Source: a virus
Lineage: Duplodnaviria > Caudoviricetes
IMG/VR virus record: IMGVR_UViG_3300027415_000005
Coordinates: 2,504-66,503 of that record
Length of the DNA: 64,000 nucleotides
Strand: one strand, 5' to 3'
In this document: in pieces, positions 44,814 through 53,599 of the stretch
Layout of the letters: every line of letters starts with the position of its first letter
Numbering within the stretch: position 1 is the first letter of the stretch
Notes under the pieces: model-generated
The model's database searches: none
What the model saw: the letters and a program-made list of their open reading frames with translations, nothing else
What the model was told of the DNA's origin: nothing
Translations under genes and position numbers: made by a program

Positions 44814-45220
44814 GCCTTGACCTCGACCACCTGCACGCCGGCAGCGCGCGCCCTGCTTTTCATGTCCTCAGTGCCGCGTCCGCCCGGTAACGCGATCACG
44901 ATGTCGGGCCGGCCCTCGGCCAGCATCCGGGCATTCCGCAGCGGCCCCGCGGCCTTGCCGTGCTTCTTCCACTTGGCCGGGAAGGCGAGTGCGGGGACAT
45001 CGTGGCGCTCGGCCCACCGCGCAGCCACGGAATCGGCACCGGGCGCCGCCCCGTGGATGACCACGTGGGTGCCGCTGTCGCCGACGTACGGCGAGAGGGC
45101 GACGGCAAGCACCTGGCGCTCATGCTCGGCGCGGGCGCGCTCGGCCTCCATTTCCTCCGGGGGCGTGTCGGGCGGGACGATGCCGAACGTGCGGCCGCCG
45201 CAGACGAGGACGCGAGTCAT
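44810..45220 (-). CDS. SLOG family DUF2493 protein
   Basis: RVLVCGGR; IHGAA.GAD..A..WA; AGP.RN..ML; FPGG.GT-like ALPGGRGT. Confidence 0.85.
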   Translation of the reverse strand: MTRVLVCGGRTFGIVPPDTPPEEMEAERARAEHERQVLAVALSPYVGDSGTHVVIHGAAPGADSVAARWAERHDVPALAFPAKWKKHGKAAGPLRNARMLAEGRPDIVIALPGGRGTEDMKSRARAAGVQVVEVKA

Positions 45221-45909
45221 GCCGGAACCCCCTCGAACAGCGGGGCATCGGCCAACGCGCCGTAGCGCGTGGCATCGTCTGGACGGGTGAACCGCTGCTT
45301 CGCGCCCGGCGGGATCCAGCGGAAGTCGACGCCGCCACGGGTGCGCTCGCCCTTGACCCAGATCACCCAGCAGTAGTCCGTCGCCGTGCTGGCAGTCGGG
45401 TCGAAGCGGCCCTTCACCATCGCGCAGCGCTCGGAGAACTGCCAGATGAAGGTCGGCGGGTGCGGATCGAAGAGATCGCGGAATCGGCCTGTGCCCGAGA
45501 TCCACGACGTCCGGACCAGGAGCGCCACGCCCTCCCGTGCGAATTCCAACCCGCGCAGAGCGAACTGCAGCGCGGTGTTGAAGGGCGGGTTGGTAATCAC
45601 CCAGTCGACGACGCCGGCACCCCCGACGGTCAGCGCTGGGTCGAGAAAGTCGGTCACATCGTAGCCGCGGCCGTAGTCGAACACGTCCGAGGCGACGCAG
45701 TAGCTGAAGGCCTCGTTGAGCGGCCCGACCATGTGGCCTTCGCCGGCGGCCGGGTCCCATGCGACGCGCAGGTTGAGCTTCGGCTCGACCATCTTCGCCA
45801 GCGCGTCGGTGAGCGCCCGAGTGGCCCAAGGCGGCGTTGGGAAGAAGTCGAGGCTGTCCGGCGGCTCGCGGCGGCCGGCCATGACGTTGCGGGCGTCGCG
45901 GGGCTTCAT
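45217..45909 (-). CDS. Orphan N6-adenine DNA methyltransferase
   Basis: DFFPTP.WAT; DPAAGEG; SD; ITNPPF. Confidence 0.85.
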   Translation of the reverse strand: MKPRDARNVMAGRREPPDSLDFFPTPPWATRALTDALAKMVEPKLNLRVAWDPAAGEGHMVGPLNEAFSYCVASDVFDYGRGYDVTDFLDPALTVGGAGVVDWVITNPPFNTALQFALRGLEFAREGVALLVRTSWISGTGRFRDLFDPHPPTFIWQFSERCAMVKGRFDPTASTATDYCWVIWVKGERTRGGVDFRWIPPGAKQRFTRPDDATRYGALADAPLFEGVPA

Positions 45910-46709
45910 GCTGCCTCCTGCGAGTCGTCGGAGGCGCTGCGCTTCTGCCGGCCGGTGGCGGTCGCCGGGGCGCCGCAGCGGACGAGCAGGTCGACCAGCC
46001 AGAACTTGTTCGGCTCCAGCTTGGCGAGGCTGATGTAGGCGGTGTGCTGGACGATGAAGGCGGCCACGTCGCGCTCGTGGATGATGTAGCCGTCGCCATT
46101 CTGCGCTGAGGTCCGATTCCAGCCCCGCCGGGAGGCGCGGAGAAGCCCCTTGTTGACCCAACCGGTCACGGTCGCGGTCATGACGCCCATCGCCTCGGCC
46201 AGCCCGGCGGCGGTGAACTGCGCGTCGTCGGTGGTCGCGATCTTCCCCTCGGTTCGCATGTAGGCGATCGCGCCGGGCGTGCGGTGATAGCCAAGACGGC
46301 GCATGCGGCGGCTCAGCTCCACCGGGGAGATCAGCGGCCACTTCGAGGCGTACTCAAGTTCGGCATCGGACCAGGGGCGCTGATCCCGGGACTTGATCAG
46401 CCCGAGCTCTAGGGCGCGCTTCGCCACCCAGTAGCGGGACCGTCCGACAGCCTTGGCGCAGGCCGTGACGAAGCCTGTGGGCCGCTCGCCGGTGTAAGCG
46501 CGCCGGATCTGCGCATCGATCCAGTCACTGGTCGGCGCCTTCTCGAAGACGTCCTTCCGGGCCACACCGATGACCCGCACGCGCTTGGTGAGAGAGTGGA
46601 CGGAGCGCCCGGGCATGCGTTCGGCGCACCAGCGCGCGCCGCGCTTCACGTAGTGGGCCCGGAGGAAGTCGTCCTCCTCCTGGCGATAGTCGGGGCCGCG
46701 GGCGGGCAT
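45906..46709 (-). CDS. Multi-HTH DNA-binding protein
   Basis: Myb-like repeats (Y..EED.FL; W...EL) and a C-terminal MerR/Xis-like HTH. Confidence 0.6.
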   Translation of the reverse strand: MPARGPDYRQEEDDFLRAHYVKRGARWCAERMPGRSVHSLTKRVRVIGVARKDVFEKAPTSDWIDAQIRRAYTGERPTGFVTACAKAVGRSRYWVAKRALELGLIKSRDQRPWSDAELEYASKWPLISPVELSRRMRRLGYHRTPGAIAYMRTEGKIATTDDAQFTAAGLAEAMGVMTATVTGWVNKGLLRASRRGWNRTSAQNGDGYIIHERDVAAFIVQHTAYISLAKLEPNKFWLVDLLVRCGAPATATGRQKRSASDDSQEAA

Positions 46710-47842
46710 CAGGACTGCCCTCCGATCGCGCGGAGCCGTAGCCCGTAGCCTTTGTGGTGGTGCAGCTCGATGCCGATCTTGGCGAGGGCGGCTGTCCACA
46801 TCGCGATGAGGTTGACGCACACGGACGGGGTCAGGCCGCCGTGCCGAGCCATGGTCTCCAGGCCGTAGAGCTGACCGTCAGCCAGCATGCTGAAGGCCTT
46901 GGCGGTCTCTTTCGACGTGCGCCAGATGCCGGCGGGCCCGTGCACCTCGGCGCCGCGGACGGCGATCAGCTTGCCGGCCGGGATCTCGATGCCACCCGTC
47001 GGGATCGGACGAGGCTCCGGAACCTCGGCGATCGGCTTGGCCGCGTCAGCGACATCCCGGGCGGTCGGCTGAACGACGGGCGCCAGCGTCGGCTCCGTCT
47101 TGGGCGCCCGAAGATCGTCGCCGGCCTTGATGCGGGGCTCGTCCTTATGCCTCGCCTTGTTCAGCGTCACCTTCACGCTGTCCCGCGTGGATCCGGAATG
47201 CTCCGCGATCTCAGCGATCGTCTTCGTGGTGGTCGCGTAGGCGTCGAGGATCACGTCCCGGACGAGCGGCGCCTTCTCGACGGTGGCGGCCGCCGGCTTC
47301 AGCGACCCGCCGTCCTGAACGATGCCGCCGCCGGCGTTGCGCACCTCAGGCTCTCTCCGAGGCACACGCGGCGGGTCCGCCGCCGGGGCGGTATCGGCTG
47401 AGGCTGCGCTCGCGCCCCCCGCCCCGGCTGACGTGACGCATTCCCTCGATTGGCCGGATCGATGGTCTATGCCCGACTTCCCCTCCGGCGCTTCATCGAG
47501 GGCTTCCCGGGCTTGCACCGGCTGCCCTGCGTTCTGGGCTACAGGTAAGGTCCCTGGGGAAGGGGCAGCTTGTGCGGCCGGGCTGATGCGCTCGGCCGAA
47601 GTCTTGATCTCGCCGGCGGTGGCTTCAAGCCGCCCGCGCACCGCGCCGAGGCGCTGGCGAAGCTGCTGGAGGTCCGCGCCTGGCGGGACGGGGGCGGTGG
47701 TGCAGGACAGGTCCCGGATGACGCGGCTGACCCGCGTCGCGATCTCCGCGTTCCGGACCTGCATGTCGGCCAGTTCGGCGGAGATGCAGGCCAATTCGGT
47801 GATGATGGCGCTGCGGGTGTGCGCCGGCTCGGTCTGAGACAC
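46709..47842 (-). CDS. Hypothetical with HTH and C-terminal winged helix
   Basis: TIAEIA..SG....SV...L; L..IG..L....G.G.RL. Confidence 0.55.
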   Translation of the reverse strand: MSQTEPAHTRSAIITELACISAELADMQVRNAEIATRVSRVIRDLSCTTAPVPPGADLQQLRQRLGAVRGRLEATAGEIKTSAERISPAAQAAPSPGTLPVAQNAGQPVQAREALDEAPEGKSGIDHRSGQSRECVTSAGAGGASAASADTAPAADPPRVPRREPEVRNAGGGIVQDGGSLKPAAATVEKAPLVRDVILDAYATTTKTIAEIAEHSGSTRDSVKVTLNKARHKDEPRIKAGDDLRAPKTEPTLAPVVQPTARDVADAAKPIAEVPEPRPIPTGGIEIPAGKLIAVRGAEVHGPAGIWRTSKETAKAFSMLADGQLYGLETMARHGGLTPSVCVNLIAMWTAALAKIGIELHHHKGYGLRLRAIGGQS

Positions 47843-47885
47843 AGGGGGCCCTCACAATCGAGGTCGTTCTGCTGCGGGGGCACGC

Positions 47886-48110
47886 TCAGAGGAGCGTGCG
47901 GATCTCGTCCATGTTGTCCCGGAGGAACTCGAGGCTCGCCTTCGCCGCGCGGAGGCCCGGCAGGCTGGCCGCCGTGCATCCGGTGTCAGGCGGGACGGTT
48001 CTCCCATCGCGCTGCAACTGCGCCCGGCGCTCGACCCAGGCGACGCGATTGACGATGACGCCTTCGATCTCGTCGATCTGCTGCTGCAGCGTGGGGTACT
48101 CGTCGGCCAC
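47886..48110 (-). CDS. Small hypothetical
   Basis: 74 aa within the operon. Confidence 0.55.
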   Translation of the reverse strand: MADEYPTLQQQIDEIEGVIVNRVAWVERRAQLQRDGRTVPPDTGCTAASLPGLRAAKASLEFLRDNMDEIRTLL

Positions 48111-48114
48111 GGCG

Positions 48115-48582
48115 CTACGCCGCGAGTGGGGCTTTCGCTCTGCCGGCCGGCTTCGTCTTCCGCCGCTGCTGGCCTAGGCCGAGGGAGATTGCGAGCTGCG
48201 AGCGCTGCTCGGAGTAGCCCGGGGCGGTCATCGGGTAGTCGACCGGCAGGCCCCACTTCGCCCGGTACATCTCCGGCGACAGACCGCGCTGGGCGAGATG
48301 CCGGCGCAGCATCTTGTAAGGCTTGCCGTCCTCGAACGAGATGAGCGCCTCGTGCGTGATGGACTTCCGCACTTGCGCCGGCGAGAGCTTCTCGACTTCA
48401 GCCGGCCCGGGGTTCGCGACCGCCTTCACCAGGCCGACCAGCGTCCCGTGCACGGAGTGGATCAGGCCCGGCAGATCGCTCGCCGCCACGTGGTTCATCC
48501 GGACATAGGCGGCGACGATGTTCACGGTGTAGTCGATGGCCGTGTCGATGCCGGCGGTGAGATCGAACGTCTTCTCGGTCAC
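48115..48582 (-). CDS. mucR: MucR/Ros family regulator
   Basis: T..IVAAYV..N.V...DLP.LI..VH; KSIT...L.SFEDGKPYK.L.RHL...GL.P..YR.KWGLP.DYPM.AP.YS..RS.LA..LGLG; AGGAG Shine-Dalgarno and GTG start. Confidence 0.92.
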   Translation of the reverse strand: MTEKTFDLTAGIDTAIDYTVNIVAAYVRMNHVAASDLPGLIHSVHGTLVGLVKAVANPGPAEVEKLSPAQVRKSITHEALISFEDGKPYKMLRRHLAQRGLSPEMYRAKWGLPVDYPMTAPGYSEQRSQLAISLGLGQQRRKTKPAGRAKAPLAA

Positions 48583-48617
48583 GAGTGCTCTCCTGGGAAT
48601 AGAGCAGTGGGGAAGGG

Positions 48618-49187
48618 TCAGGCGGGCACGCGCTCGCCGTGCATGTGCAGCTCGCGTGGGACGTGGCGGCCGCGCACGGCGCAGGCCCAATCCCAGAGTG
48701 CGAGGGCATCGCAGATGTTGTCGTCGTTGAAGGTGGGAGGCACGTATCGGAGCGCCTTGCAGCGATCGATCACCGCCTTCTTGGTGGCCTCCGGCGATCC
48801 CCAGCGGGCCTTGCCGGTGAAGTGCTTGCGCACCGTCTGCATGTTCGCCGGGAGCACCTCGATGCCGTAGCACTCGGCGACGCCCTGGAGGCCGCCGACG
48901 GCGCGCTGCGGGATGCAGATGCTCTCGATGCTCCGCCGAATCGGATCCTTCCGGTCACCATCGCCCTGGCTCTGGTAGGGCGGGATCGGCGCCTCGAACA
49001 CGATCAGGTCCGGCCGGGTGTCCGCGAGGAAGCAGAGATCCCGGATCTTCTTGCCCATGGCACCGCCCACGACGTCGTAGTGCTCGGAGGGCTTCTTCAG
49101 CCTCCAGAGGTCCGTGCGAGGCTGCGTCCCCGGCGCACCGAAGGCGAAGCCCGTACACGTCGCGATGTCGAGGGCGGCGATCAGCAT
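48618..49187 (-). CDS. RuvC-like Holliday junction resolvase
   Basis: LIAALD.AT.TG.A; IVFEAP; VRKHFTG; DDN.CDAL. Confidence 0.75.
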   Translation of the reverse strand: MLIAALDIATCTGFAFGAPGTQPRTDLWRLKKPSEHYDVVGGAMGKKIRDLCFLADTRPDLIVFEAPIPPYQSQGDGDRKDPIRRSIESICIPQRAVGGLQGVAECYGIEVLPANMQTVRKHFTGKARWGSPEATKKAVIDRCKALRYVPPTFNDDNICDALALWDWACAVRGRHVPRELHMHGERVPA

Positions 49188-49194
49188 GGCGACC

Positions 49195-50124
49195 TCAGTG
49201 GATCGCGTCGGGGCCGAGGCCGCGGTGAGCGACGTTGCGGCGCGGAGCCGGCGGCGGGAGCTCGTCCTCCAGCGGCTCGGCGGCCTTCGCCTTGCCGCGC
49301 GCCGGGGCGGCCGGCGGCAGCTCGTCGTTGGCGGGCTTAGCGGCCTGCTCGCGAATGTCCGCCTCGGACTCGGCGGCACCCTCGCGAAGCGCGCCGGTGA
49401 TCTCGCCGGGCTTGGCTTCGGGCAGATCGGCGAGCGGCTCGCCATCGGTCTCCGGCGCGGCGGCGCGCTCGGCCTCGCCTTCCGCCGCCAGCCGAGCATC
49501 GACCTCGGCCTGGGCGGCATCGAGAGCGGCCTGGGCCTCGACCATGGCCTTCGGCTTCCGGCCCTTGCCCGACCATTTCGCCTTGGCCTCCTCGAACCGG
49601 GCGAGCGCCTCGTCGAGCGGGATGCCGGGCGTCGGCGCCGGGCCGGCGGGTGCCGCGGTCTGCTCGACATGCTTCGGCTGGGCGTCCTTGCCGCCGCGGC
49701 GCTGGCCCTCGCTGGTGTTGTCGAAGACCGAGCCCTGATCGGCCGCCTGCTGGCCGGCCGACTTCTCGGCATCCTCCGCCAGCGAGACCAGGTCCTTGTC
49801 CAAGTAGCCGACCGACTTCGACAGCACGCCGACCTGCGTCAGGATCGCGGCGCGATCGCCGGAGGTCTTCACCTTGTCGAGGATCTTCATGATCTGAAGG
49901 GTCGGCTTCGCGAACCCGAAGATCTTCTGCAGCCGCTTCACGTGCTCGCCGACGCCGGCTTCCTCCTTCGCGTCCGCGATCATCTCCTTCTCGCGATCGA
50001 GGAGCTCGTAGAGCCGGTTCATCTCCTCGGCGCGCTTCTCGGGCGTGCCCGGCATCATCAGGCAGGCGTTGGCGATGCCGAGCCGGATCTGCTCTTTCAC
50101 GTCGGGCGGTGTGGTCGTGGCCAT
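49195..50124 (-). CDS. Hypothetical; N-terminal region weakly GapR/DUF2312-like, low-complexity tail
   Basis: Coiled coil then GF..PTL.I...K....DR......G spacing. Confidence 0.4.
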   Translation of the reverse strand: MATTTPPDVKEQIRLGIANACLMMPGTPEKRAEEMNRLYELLDREKEMIADAKEEAGVGEHVKRLQKIFGFAKPTLQIMKILDKVKTSGDRAAILTQVGVLSKSVGYLDKDLVSLAEDAEKSAGQQAADQGSVFDNTSEGQRRGGKDAQPKHVEQTAAPAGPAPTPGIPLDEALARFEEAKAKWSGKGRKPKAMVEAQAALDAAQAEVDARLAAEGEAERAAAPETDGEPLADLPEAKPGEITGALREGAAESEADIREQAAKPANDELPPAAPARGKAKAAEPLEDELPPPAPRRNVAHRGLGPDAIH

Positions 50125-50163
50125 GTGCGCTCTCCTCGGTCGTGCGCTTTGGTGGGACGGCTG

Positions 50164-50328
50164 TCAGAAGGGGCGGTCGTCGTCGGGATCGTCCGGCGGC
50201 TCACCCCACTGGCGAGCCCGACGCGCACGGTCTTCCCAGGCCCAATGCCGATCGGCCGCTGTGCCCGCGCGCCATGCGCAGAACCTGAACCAAACGGCGG
50301 CGACTACCTGGCGAAGGCCGGGGGACAT
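50164..50328 (-). CDS. 54-aa hypothetical
   Basis: Manual translation MSPGLRQ...DDDRPF; fills the operon gap. Confidence 0.4.
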   Translation of the reverse strand: MSPGLRQVVAAVWFRFCAWRAGTAADRHWAWEDRARRARQWGEPPDDPDDDRPF

Positions 50329-50343
50329 GCATGGCTCCTGAGA

Positions 50344-50709
50344 TCAGCGATTGCGGGCGGCGAGGCGCGCTGCGATCGAGGCCTCGATTGCCTCTCGCTG
50401 CGCCTCAAGCCGCGCCAATTCGGCGTCCTGACCGGCGGCTGTAAGCCAGTCCGGCGTATCCTTTCCGAGTGCTGCGCAGAACGGCTCCGCACCGTATGCG
50501 AGCAACAGGGCCAGAGCCGCCGGCCACGACGGCGCACATCCGCTGTCGAGCCATTTCTGAACGGTGTCGACGTGCACGCCGGTATCGGCCGCGACGTTAG
50601 CCGCGGTCTTGATCGGATGACGGGCCCGCAGGAAGGCGCCCAGGCGCCCCACGGAATCGGCTCGTTCAGCAGCCGAAAGTTTTCGGACCGAGGATGAAGA
50701 TTCGCGCAT
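50344..50709 (-). CDS. CII-like HTH protein
   Basis: FLRARHP.KTA..VAADTG....TV.KWL; position after cro. Confidence 0.6.
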   Translation of the reverse strand: MRESSSSVRKLSAAERADSVGRLGAFLRARHPIKTAANVAADTGVHVDTVQKWLDSGCAPSWPAALALLLAYGAEPFCAALGKDTPDWLTAAGQDAELARLEAQREAIEASIAARLAARNR

Positions 50710-50866
50710 CGGCTTCCCTGATGTTGAGGAAGCCGTGACGGAGCGCTGGGAACGCTTCGGTGCGGTCGAGACGAAGGCAGCGCTGGGAACGCAGCCGACG
50801 GATTGTGCAGGTGACGGAAGAGCAGAGGACGCCATAGGATCAGGCCTCCGACTCAGAGGACAAACG

Positions 50867-51175
50867 ATGCCGCGGATGTCGCAAACCAAGCCCGACCTGA
50901 TCGTCGTGGCTTGGTACACACGGGAGGACTACGAAGCAGTCAGAGCGCTCGGAAAGGACGGCGGAGGCCTGCAAGACACGTTCGACGAGTGGCAGGAACA
51001 CGCCACCCGCGTAATCGCGGGCCTCGCCGCCAACGGCATCAAAATCGAGCGGGTCGAAGTGAAGTCGACCGAGCTCGGCGCCTGGCTGCGCGCTGAGAAC
51101 GTCGAGTGCAACGAGCAGACTAGGGCCGGGTTCGCCCACCATCTTGCATCGGCCAAGTACGCCCAGAAGCATTAG
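50867..51175 (+). CDS. Hypothetical inserted antisense between cro and cII
   Basis: AGAGGA Shine-Dalgarno; AWY.REDY...D.FDEW. Confidence 0.65.
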   Translation: MPRMSQTKPDLIVVAWYTREDYEAVRALGKDGGGLQDTFDEWQEHATRVIAGLAANGIKIERVEVKSTELGAWLRAENVECNEQTRAGFAHHLASAKYAQKH

Positions 51176-51183
51176 ATTAGCCA

Positions 51184-51498
51184 TCAGAGTGCTGCCGAGG
51201 CGAACTCGGATCGAGCCGCAATTTCCTCCGGGGCAGGCCCGAATACGTCTGGGCGAAGGTCATGACGCGAAACGCCGGTGATCTCCTCTACCTTAAGCAC
51301 CCGCTCAGCCGGGACGACGTCCCACTTGTCGACTGCTTGAGTCGAGATACCAATCGCCCGCGCAAGTGCAGCTTTGAATCGAACCGCCCGCACGGCCCGA
51401 TTCAAAGCTTCGCGCATCAGCTGGCGCTGATCGACTGCGTTCGCGTCGCAACGGGGTGGCGGCGGAGAGAAAGCGTTGATGGCTTCAACTTTGCTCAT
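51184..51498 (-). CDS. cro: Cro-like (YdaS-type) repressor
   Basis: ALARAIGIS.QAV.KW..VPAERV..VE..TGVSRH.LRPD.FG. Confidence 0.88.
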   Translation of the reverse strand: MSKVEAINAFSPPPPRCDANAVDQRQLMREALNRAVRAVRFKAALARAIGISTQAVDKWDVVPAERVLKVEEITGVSRHDLRPDVFGPAPEEIAARSEFASAAL

Positions 51499-51530
51499 TC
51501 AATTATGAAAGCACAGGTTGATAACGCTGG

Positions 51531-51545
51531 TCAATCCCCGGTTGA
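51531..51545. promoter_or_regulatory. Putative CI/Cro operator (OR)
   Basis: TCAA-TCCCCGG-TTGA between cro and cI; related sites at 51507-51521 (half) and 51570-51584. Confidence 0.65.
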
Positions 51546-51596
51546 TGAGCGTCGCGGTTGCTAGACGTGTCAAGGGAGCCTTGCGAAATCCCAGAC

Positions 51597-52415
51597 ATGA
51601 CGAAGTCGCTGGGCGAATTGTTAGCAGAAGGCCGCAGGGCCAAAGGGCTCACTTTAGAGCAAGCCGCGAACGCTCTCGAAGTATCGAGCCAAGCTGTGCT
51701 CAATTGGGAGAAGGGCAAGACCGCTCCAGAGGAGGCGCGAGCACGCAGAATCTGCGACTTATACAAAATTGACAGAAATATTGTCCTTTCGTTGGTGTAT
51801 AAACATAGAGATGAGAAATTTAGACAACGGACCGCACGGCTGAAAGACAGGAAGGCTCAACAGGAGCAATTGATCGAAGATCTGCAAGTTCAGGTGCGGC
51901 AATCTGTGCCGCCTGTTTCTGTGCAGAATGCGCCTAATCCCACGCCAAACGCGATTCAATCCACGGAAATCCCGACTGAAGCGCTGGCCGCGCAAATCTA
52001 TATGCCGTTAGATGTTCCCGTGCTGGGAGTGAGTATGGGCGGCAAAGATCACGATTTTCAATTCAATGGGATCACCGTTGATTACGTGCGCAGGCCGCCA
52101 GGGATCGCGAATGCGAAACGCGCCTATGCTGTTTGGGTGATCGGTGAAAGCATGTTGCCGGTCTACCGCGAAAATTCCGTGGTCTACGTCAATCCCGACA
52201 AGCCGCCGGCAATTGGCGATGACGTGGTTATTGAATTACACCCGGACGACGGCCACAACGAAGCCGGAGCGGCATACATCAAAAGGCTCAAGAAACGGAC
52301 TGCCGAAAGGATCGTCGTCGAGCAATTCAATCCGTCTCGTGATATTGAATTCGACCGCGGTGCGATCAAGGCGATGCACCGTGTCGTTCCGTGGAACGAG
52401 CTTCTCGCAATCTGA
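51597..52415 (+). CDS. cI: CI-like repressor, HTH plus S24 peptidase
   Basis: GLTLEQAA..L.VS.QAV..WEKG; VPVLG; V.GESM.P; YIKRL. Confidence 0.93.
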   Translation: MTKSLGELLAEGRRAKGLTLEQAANALEVSSQAVLNWEKGKTAPEEARARRICDLYKIDRNIVLSLVYKHRDEKFRQRTARLKDRKAQQEQLIEDLQVQVRQSVPPVSVQNAPNPTPNAIQSTEIPTEALAAQIYMPLDVPVLGVSMGGKDHDFQFNGITVDYVRRPPGIANAKRAYAVWVIGESMLPVYRENSVVYVNPDKPPAIGDDVVIELHPDDGHNEAGAAYIKRLKKRTAERIVVEQFNPSRDIEFDRGAIKAMHRVVPWNELLAI

Positions 52416-52897
52416 ATAGCCTTAGAGCCTTATCCTGATCTGAGATGCTCTTCAGAACGGTTCAGGAAGGTAGGTGGGGATGTTGTGACCTGTCACAGGT
52501 AGCCACCCGCGTGAGGGCTGAGCCTCCGCAGGAGCTACCTCTGACAGGGGGCGAGGAAGGCCGGAGCCGGACGCCGCTTACTGCCGAGTGCCGAACCGAG
52601 AGTCGGACACCTTCAGAGCTTCTTCTCAGCCTCTCGGGCCTATCCCCCGGCGTGCCCTCTTCAGGTGCCGTGCGAGCTGGGGAGCCTCCTGGTTCTCGCC
52701 TCCAGGACCGCGACCTTTCGATCGTCCCGCCGCCCCCAGCGTCGCTGCCGCCAGGCGGATTTCAGCTCACGGCAGTTGCCGTCCGTGAACTCTGATTGAT
52801 GGAAGATCCGAGAACGGCGCGACTGGAACGAAACAATACGATGTGGTATTATTTCAGTGCCAGACGGAGCGCACCGACATGCATCCATCCGTTTGAG

Positions 52898-52932
52898 GCC
52901 CCGGTCGGACCGCCAGTCCACCGGGGCTTTTT
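52898..52932 (+). terminator. Intrinsic terminator
   Basis: GCCCCGGT(C)GGAC-loop-GTCC-ACCGGGGC-TTTTT. Confidence 0.8.
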
Positions 52933-52959
52933 CGTTCATACGCCAGGCTAAGATTTTTA

Positions 52960-53008
52960 TCAACTGCGTGTTGTGTGACGTTGACCAACCTCATCAACTC
53001 GTGATTGA
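52960..53008. promoter_or_regulatory. Putative OL operators
   Basis: TCAA-N7-TTGT (52960-52974) and TCAA-N7-TTGA (52994-53008) upstream of the early operon. Confidence 0.65.
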
Positions 53009-53045
53009 TTAAGCCATCGCCGCTTTCCCACGGCGCGAGGGCACT

Positions 53046-53336
53046 ATGCAGACAATTCAGCTTTCAGCAGCTCGCGCGCCGATACAGGCGACGCGGCTGA
53101 CGAGCCTCCTCGAGGCTGCACGCGATCCGCTCAGCCGGGCGCGGACCAATCTCTCCATCGCCGAAGCTGATCTGAACGGGCTGATTGCCCGCTACTCGGC
53201 CAGCCGCAGCGCGCTCGACGCGACCGCGATCTGCTGGGCGCAGATCCGGGTGAATGAGGCCCGGCATACGCTCGACCGCCTCCGCAGCCTCGCAATCGTC
53301 GTGATCGGCGACGCGGCCAATGCGGAGGCCTGCTGA
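53046..53336 (+). CDS. Early hypothetical
   Basis: GAGG Shine-Dalgarno; first gene after OL. Confidence 0.65.
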   Translation: MQTIQLSAARAPIQATRLTSLLEAARDPLSRARTNLSIAEADLNGLIARYSASRSALDATAICWAQIRVNEARHTLDRLRSLAIVVIGDAANAEAC

Positions 53337-53516
53337 ATGGCCGCTGATCCGCATCAGCCACTCAGCGTCGACGACGCCTGGCTGCGCAGGCAGCGCCGCC
53401 GGCAGGAGCAGCGCGAGGCTGCCCTTCAGCAGGACATCCACCGGGCCGGGCATCTGACGGCCTCCGCGCGGGCGGCTCTCGCCCAGCGGCACAACCGGCT
53501 GGAGCACAGCCGATGA
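53337..53516 (+). CDS. 59-aa early hypothetical
   Basis: Manual translation MAADPHQP...; coupled. Confidence 0.5.
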   Translation: MAADPHQPLSVDDAWLRRQRRRQEQREAALQQDIHRAGHLTASARAALAQRHNRLEHSR

Positions 53517-53599
53517 TCACCGCCTGCATCCTCTCCGCGATGGGCGGCTCAGCCTTCGGCGCTCTCGTCATGGCGTTCTGCGTGGGCAGGCGCTCGTGA
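53513..53599 (+). CDS. 28-aa hydrophobic peptide
   Basis: MITACILSAMGGSAFGALVMAFCVGRRS; overlaps both neighbours by 4 nt. Confidence 0.5.
   Translation: MITACILSAMGGSAFGALVMAFCVGRRS

Noticed and set aside
52445-52795. 116-aa plus-strand ORF after cI
   Set aside because: No SD, Pro/Ser/Gly-rich composition and overlap with strong secondary structure; treated as non-coding
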